A stretch of DNA of 64,000 bases from an uncultured Gemmatimonadota bacterium (GTDB lineage Bacteria > JAAXHH01): assembly GCA_964655785.1 (NCBI GenBank), contig CAZZNP010000002.1, positions 6,727-70,726 on the forward strand, given 5' to 3'. Of this stretch, positions 48,380-56,638 are shown piece by piece. How positions within the stretch are numbered: the stretch's first letter is position 1; every line of letters begins with the position of its first letter. A model generated the notes under the pieces. That model had not been told where the DNA came from, made no database searches, and saw nothing but the letters and a program-made list of their open reading frames with translations. The position numbers and the translations under genes are program-made.

Positions 48380-49264
48380 TCAGTGCAGCTTGCGACGGCC
48401 GATGGGATGCACGGATGCCGGCACCGATTGGCCGGAGGCGTTCGCGGTTCCGGCAGCCTTCGCACCGTCGGTTCCCTGGAGCCGCTGCAGGTAGTGCCTG
48501 ACGAAGTTCGCGAGGTAGCTGAAGTCCTCCTCGAGCTCCCGGCAAAGGCGGATCCGTTCGGTGATGGGTTTCCCGGCCATCAACCGGTTCAGGAGCCGGA
48601 CAGGGCCCTCCGCGGTCGTGGTGGACGTGATGATCGGCGCATGGCCATCCCTGTGATGGATGTCGGAATGTTCCGCGGCCAGTGCCAGCAGCAGGTGCGA
48701 CTGGGGGGATCGGATACCGGCGCAAATACTCGATTCGCCATCTTCCGGCACCGGAAACAGGTCGGCCGGAACCTGTCGGCCGAACGAGGTGACGGACCAG
48801 GTACGCCATGGCGTGGATTTCGCCAGGTCCCAGCGGATCGACACGCCCCAGCTGGCCAGCTTCTCCTGCCACGCCCCGCTGATCGCGTCGTTGCACGATA
48901 CCAGCATGACTTCCTCCGTGCCGGCCCGTTCCTCGAGCAGGTCGAGCATCTTGCGGAACTGGTGGCCGGCGACCTGGACCGGGGGGTTGTGGGGCATTTC
49001 CTGCAGGCTGAGCAGCTCCTCCCCGTCCGGATCGGTGAAGTCGAGGGCGTCGACGATGGCGACGGCCGGCCGGATGGCGTGGAAGGCGTTGAAGGCCTTG
49101 CCCACGCGCCTCACCAGGACAGCGCCGCCCTCGAGGCCGTCAAAGGCCGGATCGCCGGAGCTGATCGCGACTTTCTTGCCCTGGCCGAGCAAGAGCCTGG
49201 TCCGGGCCAGGACCTCGGCGGGCCGCAGGCAGCCTTCAGCTGTGGGGTACAGGGAGATTTTCAT
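48380..49264 (-). CDS. Hypothetical protein, paralog B of a tandem pair
   Basis: MKISLYPTAEGCLRPAEVLARTRLLLGQGKKVAIS...PAVAIVDALDFTDPDG, same N-terminal layout as paralog A. Confidence 0.5.
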   Translation of the reverse strand: MKISLYPTAEGCLRPAEVLARTRLLLGQGKKVAISSGDPAFDGLEGGAVLVRRVGKAFNAFHAIRPAVAIVDALDFTDPDGEELLSLQEMPHNPPVQVAGHQFRKMLDLLEERAGTEEVMLVSCNDAISGAWQEKLASWGVSIRWDLAKSTPWRTWSVTSFGRQVPADLFPVPEDGESSICAGIRSPQSHLLLALAAEHSDIHHRDGHAPIITSTTTAEGPVRLLNRLMAGKPITERIRLCRELEEDFSYLANFVRHYLQRLQGTDGAKAAGTANASGQSVPASVHPIGRRKLH

Positions 49265-49459
49265 GGGCGTATCACCTGATTTCTTGATTCAGTGGGTTGC
49301 AGGGTCCTCCGGACGCCGGGGATGGGAAGGAGTACAGGATGTCCCAGGACCGGGAAATTCAGGGGAAATTCAGCCCGTCCCTTTATAATCTGTCCTATGG
49401 TGGAGCCCCGGATTTGGACCGGGATGCCGCCGGTTCCGGTATTCCGGGAAACTGCTATA

Positions 49460-49720
49460 ATGACCGTAGATTCAAGCATGGCTGAAATGGCTGAACCTTC
49501 TATTGATGAACTTGCGCGGCAGTTTGCCGTCCTGGAGGAACGCATGAACACCAAGCAAGCCGAGTACAAGACCGACATAGCGCGTCTCGCCGAGGACATG
49601 GCGAAGCGGGATACAGATGCAGCGAAGCGGGAAACCCGTATGCTGATCGCTGTTATCAGCGTGATGGCTCTCGGCCTGGCAATCCTTGGATTCATGCAGT
49701 TCGGCGCAGGCACTCCCTGA
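49460..49720 (+). CDS. XhlA-like small protein: N-terminal coiled coil plus C-terminal TM helix
   Basis: FAVLEERMNTKQAEYKTDIARLAEDMAKRDTDAAKRE (heptad-like) followed by MLIAVISVMALGLAILGF. Start uncertain (49460 or 49478). AT-richer block. Confidence 0.4.
   Translation: MTVDSSMAEMAEPSIDELARQFAVLEERMNTKQAEYKTDIARLAEDMAKRDTDAAKRETRMLIAVISVMALGLAILGFMQFGAGTP
49522..49581. repeat. Direct repeat copy 1 (~60 bp), inside the XhlA-like gene
   Basis: gtttgccgtcctggaggaacgcatgaacaccaagcaagccgagtacaagaccgacatagc is repeated at 49736-49794 with one indel and one substitution. Confidence 0.9.
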
Positions 49721-49735
49721 TCCGGAATCTGGCAA

Positions 49736-49794
49736 GTTGCCGTCCTGGAGGAACGCATGAACACCAAGCAAGCGGAGTACAAGACCGACATAGC
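49736..49794. repeat. Direct repeat copy 2, creating a GGAGG-ATG start for a 41-codon truncated paralog
   Basis: See copy 1. The two copies are 214 bp apart. Confidence 0.9.
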
Positions 49795-49882
49795 CAAGCT
49801 GGAAAACCGGATTGTCTTTGTCGTCCTGGGGGCCGTTGGCCTAGCCACGGCAGTCCTTGGCCTCCTGATCGCATTCGACTGA
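49757..49882 (+). CDS. Truncated XhlA-like paralog (41 aa: short coiled-coil remnant plus TM helix) created by the duplication
   Basis: MNTKQAEYKTDIAKLENRIVFVVLGAVGLATAVLGLLIAFD. GGAGG RBS 5 nt upstream. Confidence 0.3.
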   Translation: MNTKQAEYKTDIAKLENRIVFVVLGAVGLATAVLGLLIAFD

Positions 49883-49905
49883 GCCGCTACTCGCCGAATT
49901 GACCA

Positions 49906-50148
49906 ATGAGTGAAAAGACCGACAACCTGGTGTTGGAGCACCTCAAATCGATCCGGGCGGATCAGTCCAGTCATGACAGGAAGTTCGATGAGATCCTGAG
50001 TCGCCTTGCGCACCTTGAAACCATGGTGGCCCGGCAGGGCCGCGATCTTGCGGAACTGGTATCCATGCGTGTCGAGGATCGTCACAGCGTTGATGGTTTG
50101 CGCCAACGGATCGAACGGATCGAGCGCCGGTTGGAACTGGTCGATTGA
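49906..50148 (+). CDS. Small coiled-coil protein (hypothetical)
   Basis: 80-codon ORF. Heptad-like ...LSRLAHLETMVARQGRDLAELVSMRVEDRHSVDGLRQRIERIERRLELV. Confidence 0.35.
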   Translation: MSEKTDNLVLEHLKSIRADQSSHDRKFDEILSRLAHLETMVARQGRDLAELVSMRVEDRHSVDGLRQRIERIERRLELVD

Positions 50149-50199
50149 GCAGTCTGTAAATTGCACTAACCTGAAACTGAGAAGAGGTACAGAACGACA

Positions 50200-50526
50200 A
50201 TGGAAACCCTCGCATCCATCTGGAAAGCCATCGACGATTCGAACGTCCTCTGGATGTTCGAAGCCGCCTGGCCGTTTATCCAGTTTGTCGGGGTTCTCCT
50301 GGCTATCTGCGCGGTTGGCCTTGTATGGCTTTGGTTGGCGCATACCTTCGGAGACGATGACGACTTCGAGGACGAGGAAGAAGAAATTCCCGTGCTTGGT
50401 CTTACACCTGAGCAAGAGAAAATTAACGAAGAAATGATAGAAGACCATAAGGCGGCTATCATTTTGGATATGTACCCTGATGCATCGAAAGACCAATTCT
50501 TCCGCGACGAACTCTTGAGGTCCTGA
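50200..50526 (+). CDS. Small membrane protein with an acidic C-terminal tail (hypothetical)
   Basis: TM helix FIQFVGVLLAICAVGLVWLWLA followed by DDDDFEDEEEE. Confidence 0.35.
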   Translation: METLASIWKAIDDSNVLWMFEAAWPFIQFVGVLLAICAVGLVWLWLAHTFGDDDDFEDEEEEIPVLGLTPEQEKINEEMIEDHKAAIILDMYPDASKDQFFRDELLRS

Positions 50527-50531
50527 TACCT

Positions 50532-52151
50532 TCATCCTCTACCTACCAGCCGGTATCTCTTGGCAACTCCCGCTGCATAATCTCCCGCCTTACCGATTCC
50601 CTTGCTCGCTGCACCCGCGGCGGCGCCCGAAGTGGCACTGATGCCACCTTTCTGTGCTGCTTGGCCAGCTGCTTGGATGCCTCCTGTAATTGCCTGAGTA
50701 AGAGCAGCGTCCCGAAATAATCCGCTAGCTGCCTGGGCTGCATTAAGTCCAGCTGTATTCATCACAGCGAGCCAAATGACGGGACCAAACATGTATAGCG
50801 TCGCAAGTACCAGGTTAATGATGATCTTCTTGTTCGACTCCTCGAACATGTCGGCGCCCAGACCCACGAATGAAAACCAGCCTTCGGAAGCGGTCATGGA
50901 TTGAATGAGGTGGTTGTCGAACCATCCGACCATGGCCAGGATCGCCTGAACGAAAATCAGGCTGAAGACGAGGAACGACAGGTTGAGCACAGCGCCGATG
51001 CTGAAGGAAGAGAACAGCAGTGCGAAGGGAATGAAGATCACGACCAGCATGAGCATCATGGCGGCCAGGATCGGCATCACCTGTTTCATCGTGTTGAGGA
51101 ACAGTTCGGCGAATACCCAGGTGACAGCAAGGCCCGTACTCGCGAGCGCATCTCCGGCCAGGTTGAACGCGCCGGAGAAGAAGTTCCCGTCCTCGTCGGT
51201 CCCTGCGATGGTCTGGGTTGCCTGGAAATTCTCGAGCATTCCCCTGACGAGCAAATCCTCCTGCTCCAGCCGGTTTTCGATGCCCAATCCCCACTTGAAG
51301 TGCCCGAAGATCTTGTCCATGGTTCCCTGGTCCTGCCTGGCGTACTCGAGCAGCCCGGTCCGGATGCTCCGCCACCAGTGACCGCAGGTACTGCCGCCGA
51401 CGCGGCTGGCCAGTTCGGGCGATTGCTGGATATAGAGGGGCCTGGGCGCCGCCTCGCACCAGGGATCTTCGCCGCAGGGAGCGTAACCTCCGCGCATCCT
51501 GATCAGGTAGGGGCTCCCGGGCCAGTCGAGCTGGGCGTCCTCGCCGGCCGCCGGCACCAGGTCCTGCTGCCGGAGGACCTCGTAGTTCCGTTTGGCGGGC
51601 ATGTAACACCCGAGATAGAAGTCCCTGTATTCCGCGCCCAATGCCGGATCCTCGATGTTCCGGGTGGCCATCAGCATTTTAGCTTCCCTGAGATCGCTGT
51701 ATGCCGGCAGGCTTTCGGTCACGGCATGGGTGATTCCGGACGAGAGGTTGTGCAGCAGCAGCCACCAGGCGGGAATCCTCACCGCGGCGGTGGCGGTCCC
51801 GAAGTGATCGGCGTAGGTGGTGGGATCGGTTGTGCCGTTGACCTCGTCCGGGACGGTGCCGTCGACCTGCTTTGGCGGCTGGAACTTCACGTCGCTGGGT
51901 TCGACGTTGTACAGGGGCACCATGCAGGTCATCAGCACCACGATCGCGGCCACGGTGCTCTTGACGTGCAGGACAGCGGTCTCGTGGCTGCCCTCCTTCT
52001 CCTCACCCAGGGATTTCGCGCTGTTCCGGAGCAGCATCCAGAGGAACGGCAGCATGAGGAGACCCGTCTCCCACAGGATTCCGAAGATCACGTTGTAGAG
52101 CATCCACCCGAGGAGGGTGGTGTGCAGTTCGAGGAAGGTGCTTACGTACAT
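50532..52151 (-). CDS. traG: TraG-N-like conjugative mating-pair stabilisation/pore membrane protein
   Basis: Polytopic N-terminus, large periplasmic middle, a further TM cluster and a Gly/Ala-rich C-terminus (GGIQAAGQAAQKGGISATSGAAAGAASKGIG), as in F-type TraG N-domain proteins of ICEs. Confidence 0.6.
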   Translation of the reverse strand: MYVSTFLELHTTLLGWMLYNVIFGILWETGLLMLPFLWMLLRNSAKSLGEEKEGSHETAVLHVKSTVAAIVVLMTCMVPLYNVEPSDVKFQPPKQVDGTVPDEVNGTTDPTTYADHFGTATAAVRIPAWWLLLHNLSSGITHAVTESLPAYSDLREAKMLMATRNIEDPALGAEYRDFYLGCYMPAKRNYEVLRQQDLVPAAGEDAQLDWPGSPYLIRMRGGYAPCGEDPWCEAAPRPLYIQQSPELASRVGGSTCGHWWRSIRTGLLEYARQDQGTMDKIFGHFKWGLGIENRLEQEDLLVRGMLENFQATQTIAGTDEDGNFFSGAFNLAGDALASTGLAVTWVFAELFLNTMKQVMPILAAMMLMLVVIFIPFALLFSSFSIGAVLNLSFLVFSLIFVQAILAMVGWFDNHLIQSMTASEGWFSFVGLGADMFEESNKKIIINLVLATLYMFGPVIWLAVMNTAGLNAAQAASGLFRDAALTQAITGGIQAAGQAAQKGGISATSGAAAGAASKGIGKAGDYAAGVAKRYRLVGRG

Positions 52152-52158
52152 GGCGGCG

Positions 52159-52539
52159 TCACAGGATCAGGCGGAGCGAGCCGAGCACCTCGATCAATGC
52201 GGCGCAGCCCGCGAGCGCGAGCCTGGCGCGGTCGAGGTCCTCTTCGCGCACGCCGCGGAGGATCGGCCCGTACCAGATCACGACGAGGTATACCGATATC
52301 CGGATCAGCAGAAGGAGGACCCACGACTCTTCCATCCACTGCAGCGTGGCCATGGGGTCCAGGTCCGGAAACCCGGCAACCAGGATCCCGGCCGCGGCCA
52401 GCATGAACAGGGCCATCCAGGCACCGGCGCGGAGCAGCTGCCGGAACCAGGACCTGACAGGACCTCCCGCGGCGGATCGCGGCGGATTCCGGCCGGACGG
52501 CATCCGACGGGGAAACAGGATGCGTAGCGAACCTGTCAT
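52159..52539 (-). CDS. Small membrane protein of the transfer region (start at MTGSLRIL, ATGA-coupled)
   Basis: Hydrophobic core MALFMLAAAGILVAGF and ISVYLVVIWYGPIL. Confidence 0.4.
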   Translation of the reverse strand: MTGSLRILFPRRMPSGRNPPRSAAGGPVRSWFRQLLRAGAWMALFMLAAAGILVAGFPDLDPMATLQWMEESWVLLLLIRISVYLVVIWYGPILRGVREEDLDRARLALAGCAALIEVLGSLRLIL

Positions 52540-53897
52540 CGGAACACCGCCCCTTCCGTCGCGGGCGCCGATGGGAATCCGCCGCCGCCCCGGACCGGGG
52601 CTGACCCGGCACGGCTGTGCCGCATGAGCCTGGCGGCGGTGGACGAGGCGGCCCTGGTACGGATCTCGTATTCGTCCCGGAGGAGCCGCGCCTCCATCTC
52701 GAGGAGCGCGATCGCGTCCTCCCTGACCAGCTCCCGGGCCGGGGAGGCCTCCACCTCCGGAAGGCGAGAGCCGGCAAGCAGTATTCGCCTGGCCAGGTTG
52801 ACCTTCTCCATGGCGCGAAGGAGCGCAATTTCGGTGGAGATGCGGTTGATGGCGATCGCCCTCATGTCGGGTCTCATGCTTCCCAGGGTCCACAGGAGGG
52901 ACGGAGTGATGGACAGGCCCGGCACGCCCATGCCGACAAGTTCTTCAGGCGTCGGCCGGGATCCGGACATTTCTCCCTCGACAGCGGCGGTGAGTTTCCC
53001 GGATGTTTCGACGGCATCCTCGTGCATGCCGGCATTGATCCCTCTTGGCGGCTGGCCGGATGGGGGCGTGGTACGGGCGTTGGTGATCACCGTCTCGCCG
53101 GTCATCTCCAGTATTTCATCGGCGGCATCGTCGGGAGTCGGCCAGTACACTTTCATGCGTGAAGGCGGGGCCCCTGGCGGAGCGCCGCCGCCGGCGGCAT
53201 CGGCGTCATCGAGGAGCTCGTAACCCGCCTTGGCCACATCCTCGACGACCGGGATCACGCGGGTGTCGCTGTCGTCGCAGAAGTAATCATCCCCCCCGAT
53301 CCAGGTGATGCAGCCGTGCTTTTCGGACACTTCCTCCTGGACCTCGTCCACCGGCGCACCGGACCCCGCGGATTTCCGCCAGGTGTCCCGCTGGCCGAAT
53401 TCGATCCAGTCGTAATACGGGTTCTCGCCGGCGAGGATCTGGTTTTCCGCATCCTGGCAGGACTTCACCCCGAGGCGGTATTCGTCCTCGTACCGGAGCA
53501 TCATGTTCTCCATCATGTTGGCGAGGTTGGGGTTCGCCTGGCGCAGGAGATACAGGGGCAACGAAGCCACGGCGCCGGTGGCGGCATAGGTCAGGCTGTC
53601 GACGGCCTGGTCGAGACCGCGGGTAAGGTTGCCGAACATGTGGCGGAGGTTGTCGCTGAGATCGAACTGGCCGCATGAATAGCCCAGGGCGAGGGACCCT
53701 GCGCCCCGGATCCGGGTATGGCGGCCGTATCCGACGGGCCCGCCGAGCGCCTGCCCGCCCCCGATCTCGTAGTAGATGAGATCGTCGAGCCAGGCGCCGT
53801 CCTGCTGGGCCATCCCGGCCGCGGGAACCGCGGCGGCCAGGAATCCGGTCAGGGCCACCGCCCCGGCATTTCGTACTGTTTTTCCTGTTCTTTTCAT
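52536..53897 (-). CDS. TraH-like periplasmic conjugative transfer protein (ICE PFL_4711-like)
   Basis: Signal peptide MKRTGKTVRNAGAVALTGFLAAAVPAAGMA. Size and position next to the TraU-like gene. Confidence 0.5.
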   Translation of the reverse strand: MKRTGKTVRNAGAVALTGFLAAAVPAAGMAQQDGAWLDDLIYYEIGGGQALGGPVGYGRHTRIRGAGSLALGYSCGQFDLSDNLRHMFGNLTRGLDQAVDSLTYAATGAVASLPLYLLRQANPNLANMMENMMLRYEDEYRLGVKSCQDAENQILAGENPYYDWIEFGQRDTWRKSAGSGAPVDEVQEEVSEKHGCITWIGGDDYFCDDSDTRVIPVVEDVAKAGYELLDDADAAGGGAPPGAPPSRMKVYWPTPDDAADEILEMTGETVITNARTTPPSGQPPRGINAGMHEDAVETSGKLTAAVEGEMSGSRPTPEELVGMGVPGLSITPSLLWTLGSMRPDMRAIAINRISTEIALLRAMEKVNLARRILLAGSRLPEVEASPARELVREDAIALLEMEARLLRDEYEIRTRAASSTAARLMRHSRAGSAPVRGGGGFPSAPATEGAVFR

Positions 53898-53907
53898 CTT
53901 GGAATCA

Positions 53908-54903
53908 TCAAAACCGGATCTTTGCAATCGTTTTCCCGGAACCCGGGCAGCAATCATGGAGCGGCCAGTAGACCCACCCGTAACCGCCCTCCCCCGGTCC
54001 GGAGACGTTCTCCCGGTCCTGGTAGTAGTTCCGGTCCTCGCCGAAGGTGTTGCACTGTTTCTCGCTGCGGGGATGGATCATCTGCCACCGGTCTGTTTTC
54101 TCGTCGCTCTCCGATATGCCGGGCACCCGAAGGTAGAGGTGAGGCTGGCCCGCCCGGGTGGCGATATCGACGGCCCGCTGCGCGGCCACGGCGCCGGCGA
54201 GGACGTCGTGGTACTGGCGCACGTGGCCCTGGCGCGGGTGGACCGTGCCCCACATGCCGGCGGGAAACCTGCCGATGGTCCGGAGGCCGGGGACCCAGGT
54301 GGCCGGGTAGAGCTGCTCGGTGATGCCGGTCCGCCAGCTGGCAGCATCTACCTCGCTGGAGAAGTAGAGTGCCATGGGCCTGACTTTCGTTGTGCAGGCA
54401 ACCGGCACTGCCCCGCCCGAAAGCCACTGGCGGAATGCCAGGGTGGCGGGATTGCCGATGACGGAGATCTCCTTGAACCGGAGATTGGCGTCGGACTGGG
54501 TGCCCGCGTCAGCGGTCCCTGCCGTCCTCGTGGCGGTCCCGTGGCCGCCGCCGAGGGGTACGCCCGCGGTGGCCCGGGAAACGGCGTCAGCGGCCGCTGC
54601 GAGCGGTTCGCCGTACAGGACCTTTCCTTCCGTCCACGGGTTGTCCCCGGGTTCGTTGTAGGCGGACACGACCAGGTCGGGGATCCGGTGCTCGACCCAG
54701 GGATAGGCCTTGATCCGGCAGCCGAAGAACCCGCACTTGAGCTTGAGGCAGATTCCGACGATCTTCCAGTCGAGGCAGTCCACTGCGGTCGTGGCTTCCA
54801 CGACGTCGGCGCTGGTGAAGGAGGAATCGGCGCGCGGGGCGGCCGGGACCGCGAAAACCATCAAACACCACGTCAGAAAAACTGGTACGGATGGAGTTCT
54901 CAT
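53908..54903 (-). CDS. traU: TraU-like conjugative pilus/pore assembly protein
   Basis: Signal peptide. Conserved Cys pattern CLDWKIVGICLKLKCGFFGCRIKAYPWVEH and C-terminal GWVYWPLHDCC as in F-type TraU homologs. Confidence 0.6.
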   Translation of the reverse strand: MRTPSVPVFLTWCLMVFAVPAAPRADSSFTSADVVEATTAVDCLDWKIVGICLKLKCGFFGCRIKAYPWVEHRIPDLVVSAYNEPGDNPWTEGKVLYGEPLAAAADAVSRATAGVPLGGGHGTATRTAGTADAGTQSDANLRFKEISVIGNPATLAFRQWLSGGAVPVACTTKVRPMALYFSSEVDAASWRTGITEQLYPATWVPGLRTIGRFPAGMWGTVHPRQGHVRQYHDVLAGAVAAQRAVDIATRAGQPHLYLRVPGISESDEKTDRWQMIHPRSEKQCNTFGEDRNYYQDRENVSGPGEGGYGWVYWPLHDCCPGSGKTIAKIRF

Positions 54904-55352
54904 GAACCCACCTCCGCATTTCGCTGGTTCCGGTACCGCGTGACCGCGCGCCGAAGGTCGCGACCATACCAGACTGCGCGGTCGTCGAAAACGATCGCAG
55001 GCAGGTGCGTGATTCCTTCCTTCCGGATCCTGTACAGCGCCTGCCAGGCTGTTTTCAGCTCCAACTGCAGAGCCGGGGACAGGCGATTCGTTGCGGCGGA
55101 TTCACGACTGTTTTCAGGAATACGGTCGAGGCCTTCGGCGAGCCGGGCCTCGATGGCGATGACACGGTCCAGGTAGATGATCCTCGTGCGGGCCTCTTGG
55201 GCAGCCGGCACATGCACGGGCATGGACGACACGGTATAGATATCAATTTTCTCCGGAATGCCGGAGGCGAAGGCAGACATGGTCCCTGTGAGCAAAAGGG
55301 TCGTGAAACACAGGTTTTTCATGGCAGCGTTCACTGGCATTTCCAGGCGCAC
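54900..55352 (-). CDS. DUF1525-like small periplasmic ICE protein (PFL_4709-type)
   Basis: Signal peptide. IDIYTVSS...LPAIVFDDRAVWYG pattern. Position between the TraU-like gene and the TraC side. Confidence 0.45.
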   Translation of the reverse strand: MRLEMPVNAAMKNLCFTTLLLTGTMSAFASGIPEKIDIYTVSSMPVHVPAAQEARTRIIYLDRVIAIEARLAEGLDRIPENSRESAATNRLSPALQLELKTAWQALYRIRKEGITHLPAIVFDDRAVWYGRDLRRAVTRYRNQRNAEVGS

Positions 55353-56638
55353 TGGTGCGGGCGTTCCCAGCGCACTGCGTCGCGCCAGGTGTGTTCGGTG
55401 AATTCCGCCCTGGGCCTGTTTTCCTGCCTGAGAATTGCCAGGCGTCCCGGGTTGTTGGATTTGTTTTCATTAACGGTCTTTCCCTCGTACCTGAGGAAAA
55501 GGCTCTCCGCGTAACGGGATTTGGCATTCAGGACAATGGAGGTTCTAAGGAGCGCCGCGAACGGATGGTATGCGGCATGGATGCCGAATCTCTGCAGGGG
55601 CATGAACTCGATGTCCACCAGCTGGCTCAGCAGGCAATGCATGTCCTCCGGCCAGCGTTCGTGCTTGAGGTAATGCCAGAGGTGGTTGTTGCGCATGGTT
55701 CCATACCAGCACCCCAGGGTTTCCAGGATTCGGCCGGCGGCGACCTCGGGGTCCATGTAGATGTTCCTGCGTGAAAACGCCCCGTACACGATCCTGAGCT
55801 CCATGTCCTCATCAGACGGAATCCGGTCAGGCGTATTGTCGGGATACGGGTAATGCCCCCGGTTGTATGTGTGTATTTCCAGCTCGGCGATCCGGTCATC
55901 CGCCAGGGCGAAACGGGGCGCGCCCCGGATAGCCGCAGCGGAATGGTCGAGTCTCTGCCTGACCGGCCTCGGTCCCCCGATGCCGTCACCCAGGAGATCT
56001 GCGACCAGGCGTCCGGTCGTGTCGTAGGCATGATCGCAGCGGGTGCATCTTTCGCTCTCCGGCATGGGAGGCTGATCGTCGTCCAGGGCGGTGGGCTCGT
56101 GTTTCCGCCGGCTGAAATTACGGACCTTCTCCGCCAGGGCATCCACCGCCTCCCTGAAGGTTCCGTGCTTGCTTGCGATGTCATCGGGGCCATGGCGCCA
56201 GACCGACTCCCGCTTCCCTTCGCGGATGACGGTTTCCAGGTACCTGTACAGGATTTCATCATCGGATTCCCCACCGACTTCTTCCCATGTCCGCACGAGG
56301 ATGCTGACCCAGGAGTAATTCCGTTCGTGTTCGTTGTGACAGAAGACATGGCCGTACCAATTGGCCGTCTTGAACGGTTCCGCTTCAAACCCTTTCGACA
56401 CCAGCACCAGGAGTTCCGGAGCGTGGGTGTGGGACCATGGCCCCTGATTGCAGTAATGCCATCTCCTGGCATCCGTATTGCCGGCGCAGTCCGGGTTTGC
56501 GGCGACCGCGTCTTCAATGTCGACGATGCCGGGACAGGCAAACCGATGCTGTTCCTCGATCGGCAGTGTCGCGAAATCGCCGGGTGCATGGCGTTTTCGG
56601 GCGCTGTTGTCGGATGCAGTGGTCATCGTCATGCTCAC
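55331..56638 (-). CDS. Cys/His/Trp-rich hypothetical protein inside the transfer operon
   Basis: 435-aa ORF with C/H clusters (RFACPG, WHYCNQGPWSHTH, FCHNEHERNY, CTRCDHAY, HTYNRGHYPYP). No T4SS family recognised. Ends overlap both neighbours. Confidence 0.4.
   Translation of the reverse strand: MSMTMTTASDNSARKRHAPGDFATLPIEEQHRFACPGIVDIEDAVAANPDCAGNTDARRWHYCNQGPWSHTHAPELLVLVSKGFEAEPFKTANWYGHVFCHNEHERNYSWVSILVRTWEEVGGESDDEILYRYLETVIREGKRESVWRHGPDDIASKHGTFREAVDALAEKVRNFSRRKHEPTALDDDQPPMPESERCTRCDHAYDTTGRLVADLLGDGIGGPRPVRQRLDHSAAAIRGAPRFALADDRIAELEIHTYNRGHYPYPDNTPDRIPSDEDMELRIVYGAFSRRNIYMDPEVAAGRILETLGCWYGTMRNNHLWHYLKHERWPEDMHCLLSQLVDIEFMPLQRFGIHAAYHPFAALLRTSIVLNAKSRYAESLFLRYEGKTVNENKSNNPGRLAILRQENRPRAEFTEHTWRDAVRWERPHQCAWKCQ

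Noticed and set aside
49261-50535. 424-codon minus-strand ORF spanning the AT-richer insert
   Set aside because: Its translation is low-complexity and contains MSVLYSACLVFMRSSRTA twice, which is just the reverse frame of the 60-bp direct repeat. It is antisense to four better-supported small plus-strand genes with RBSs.
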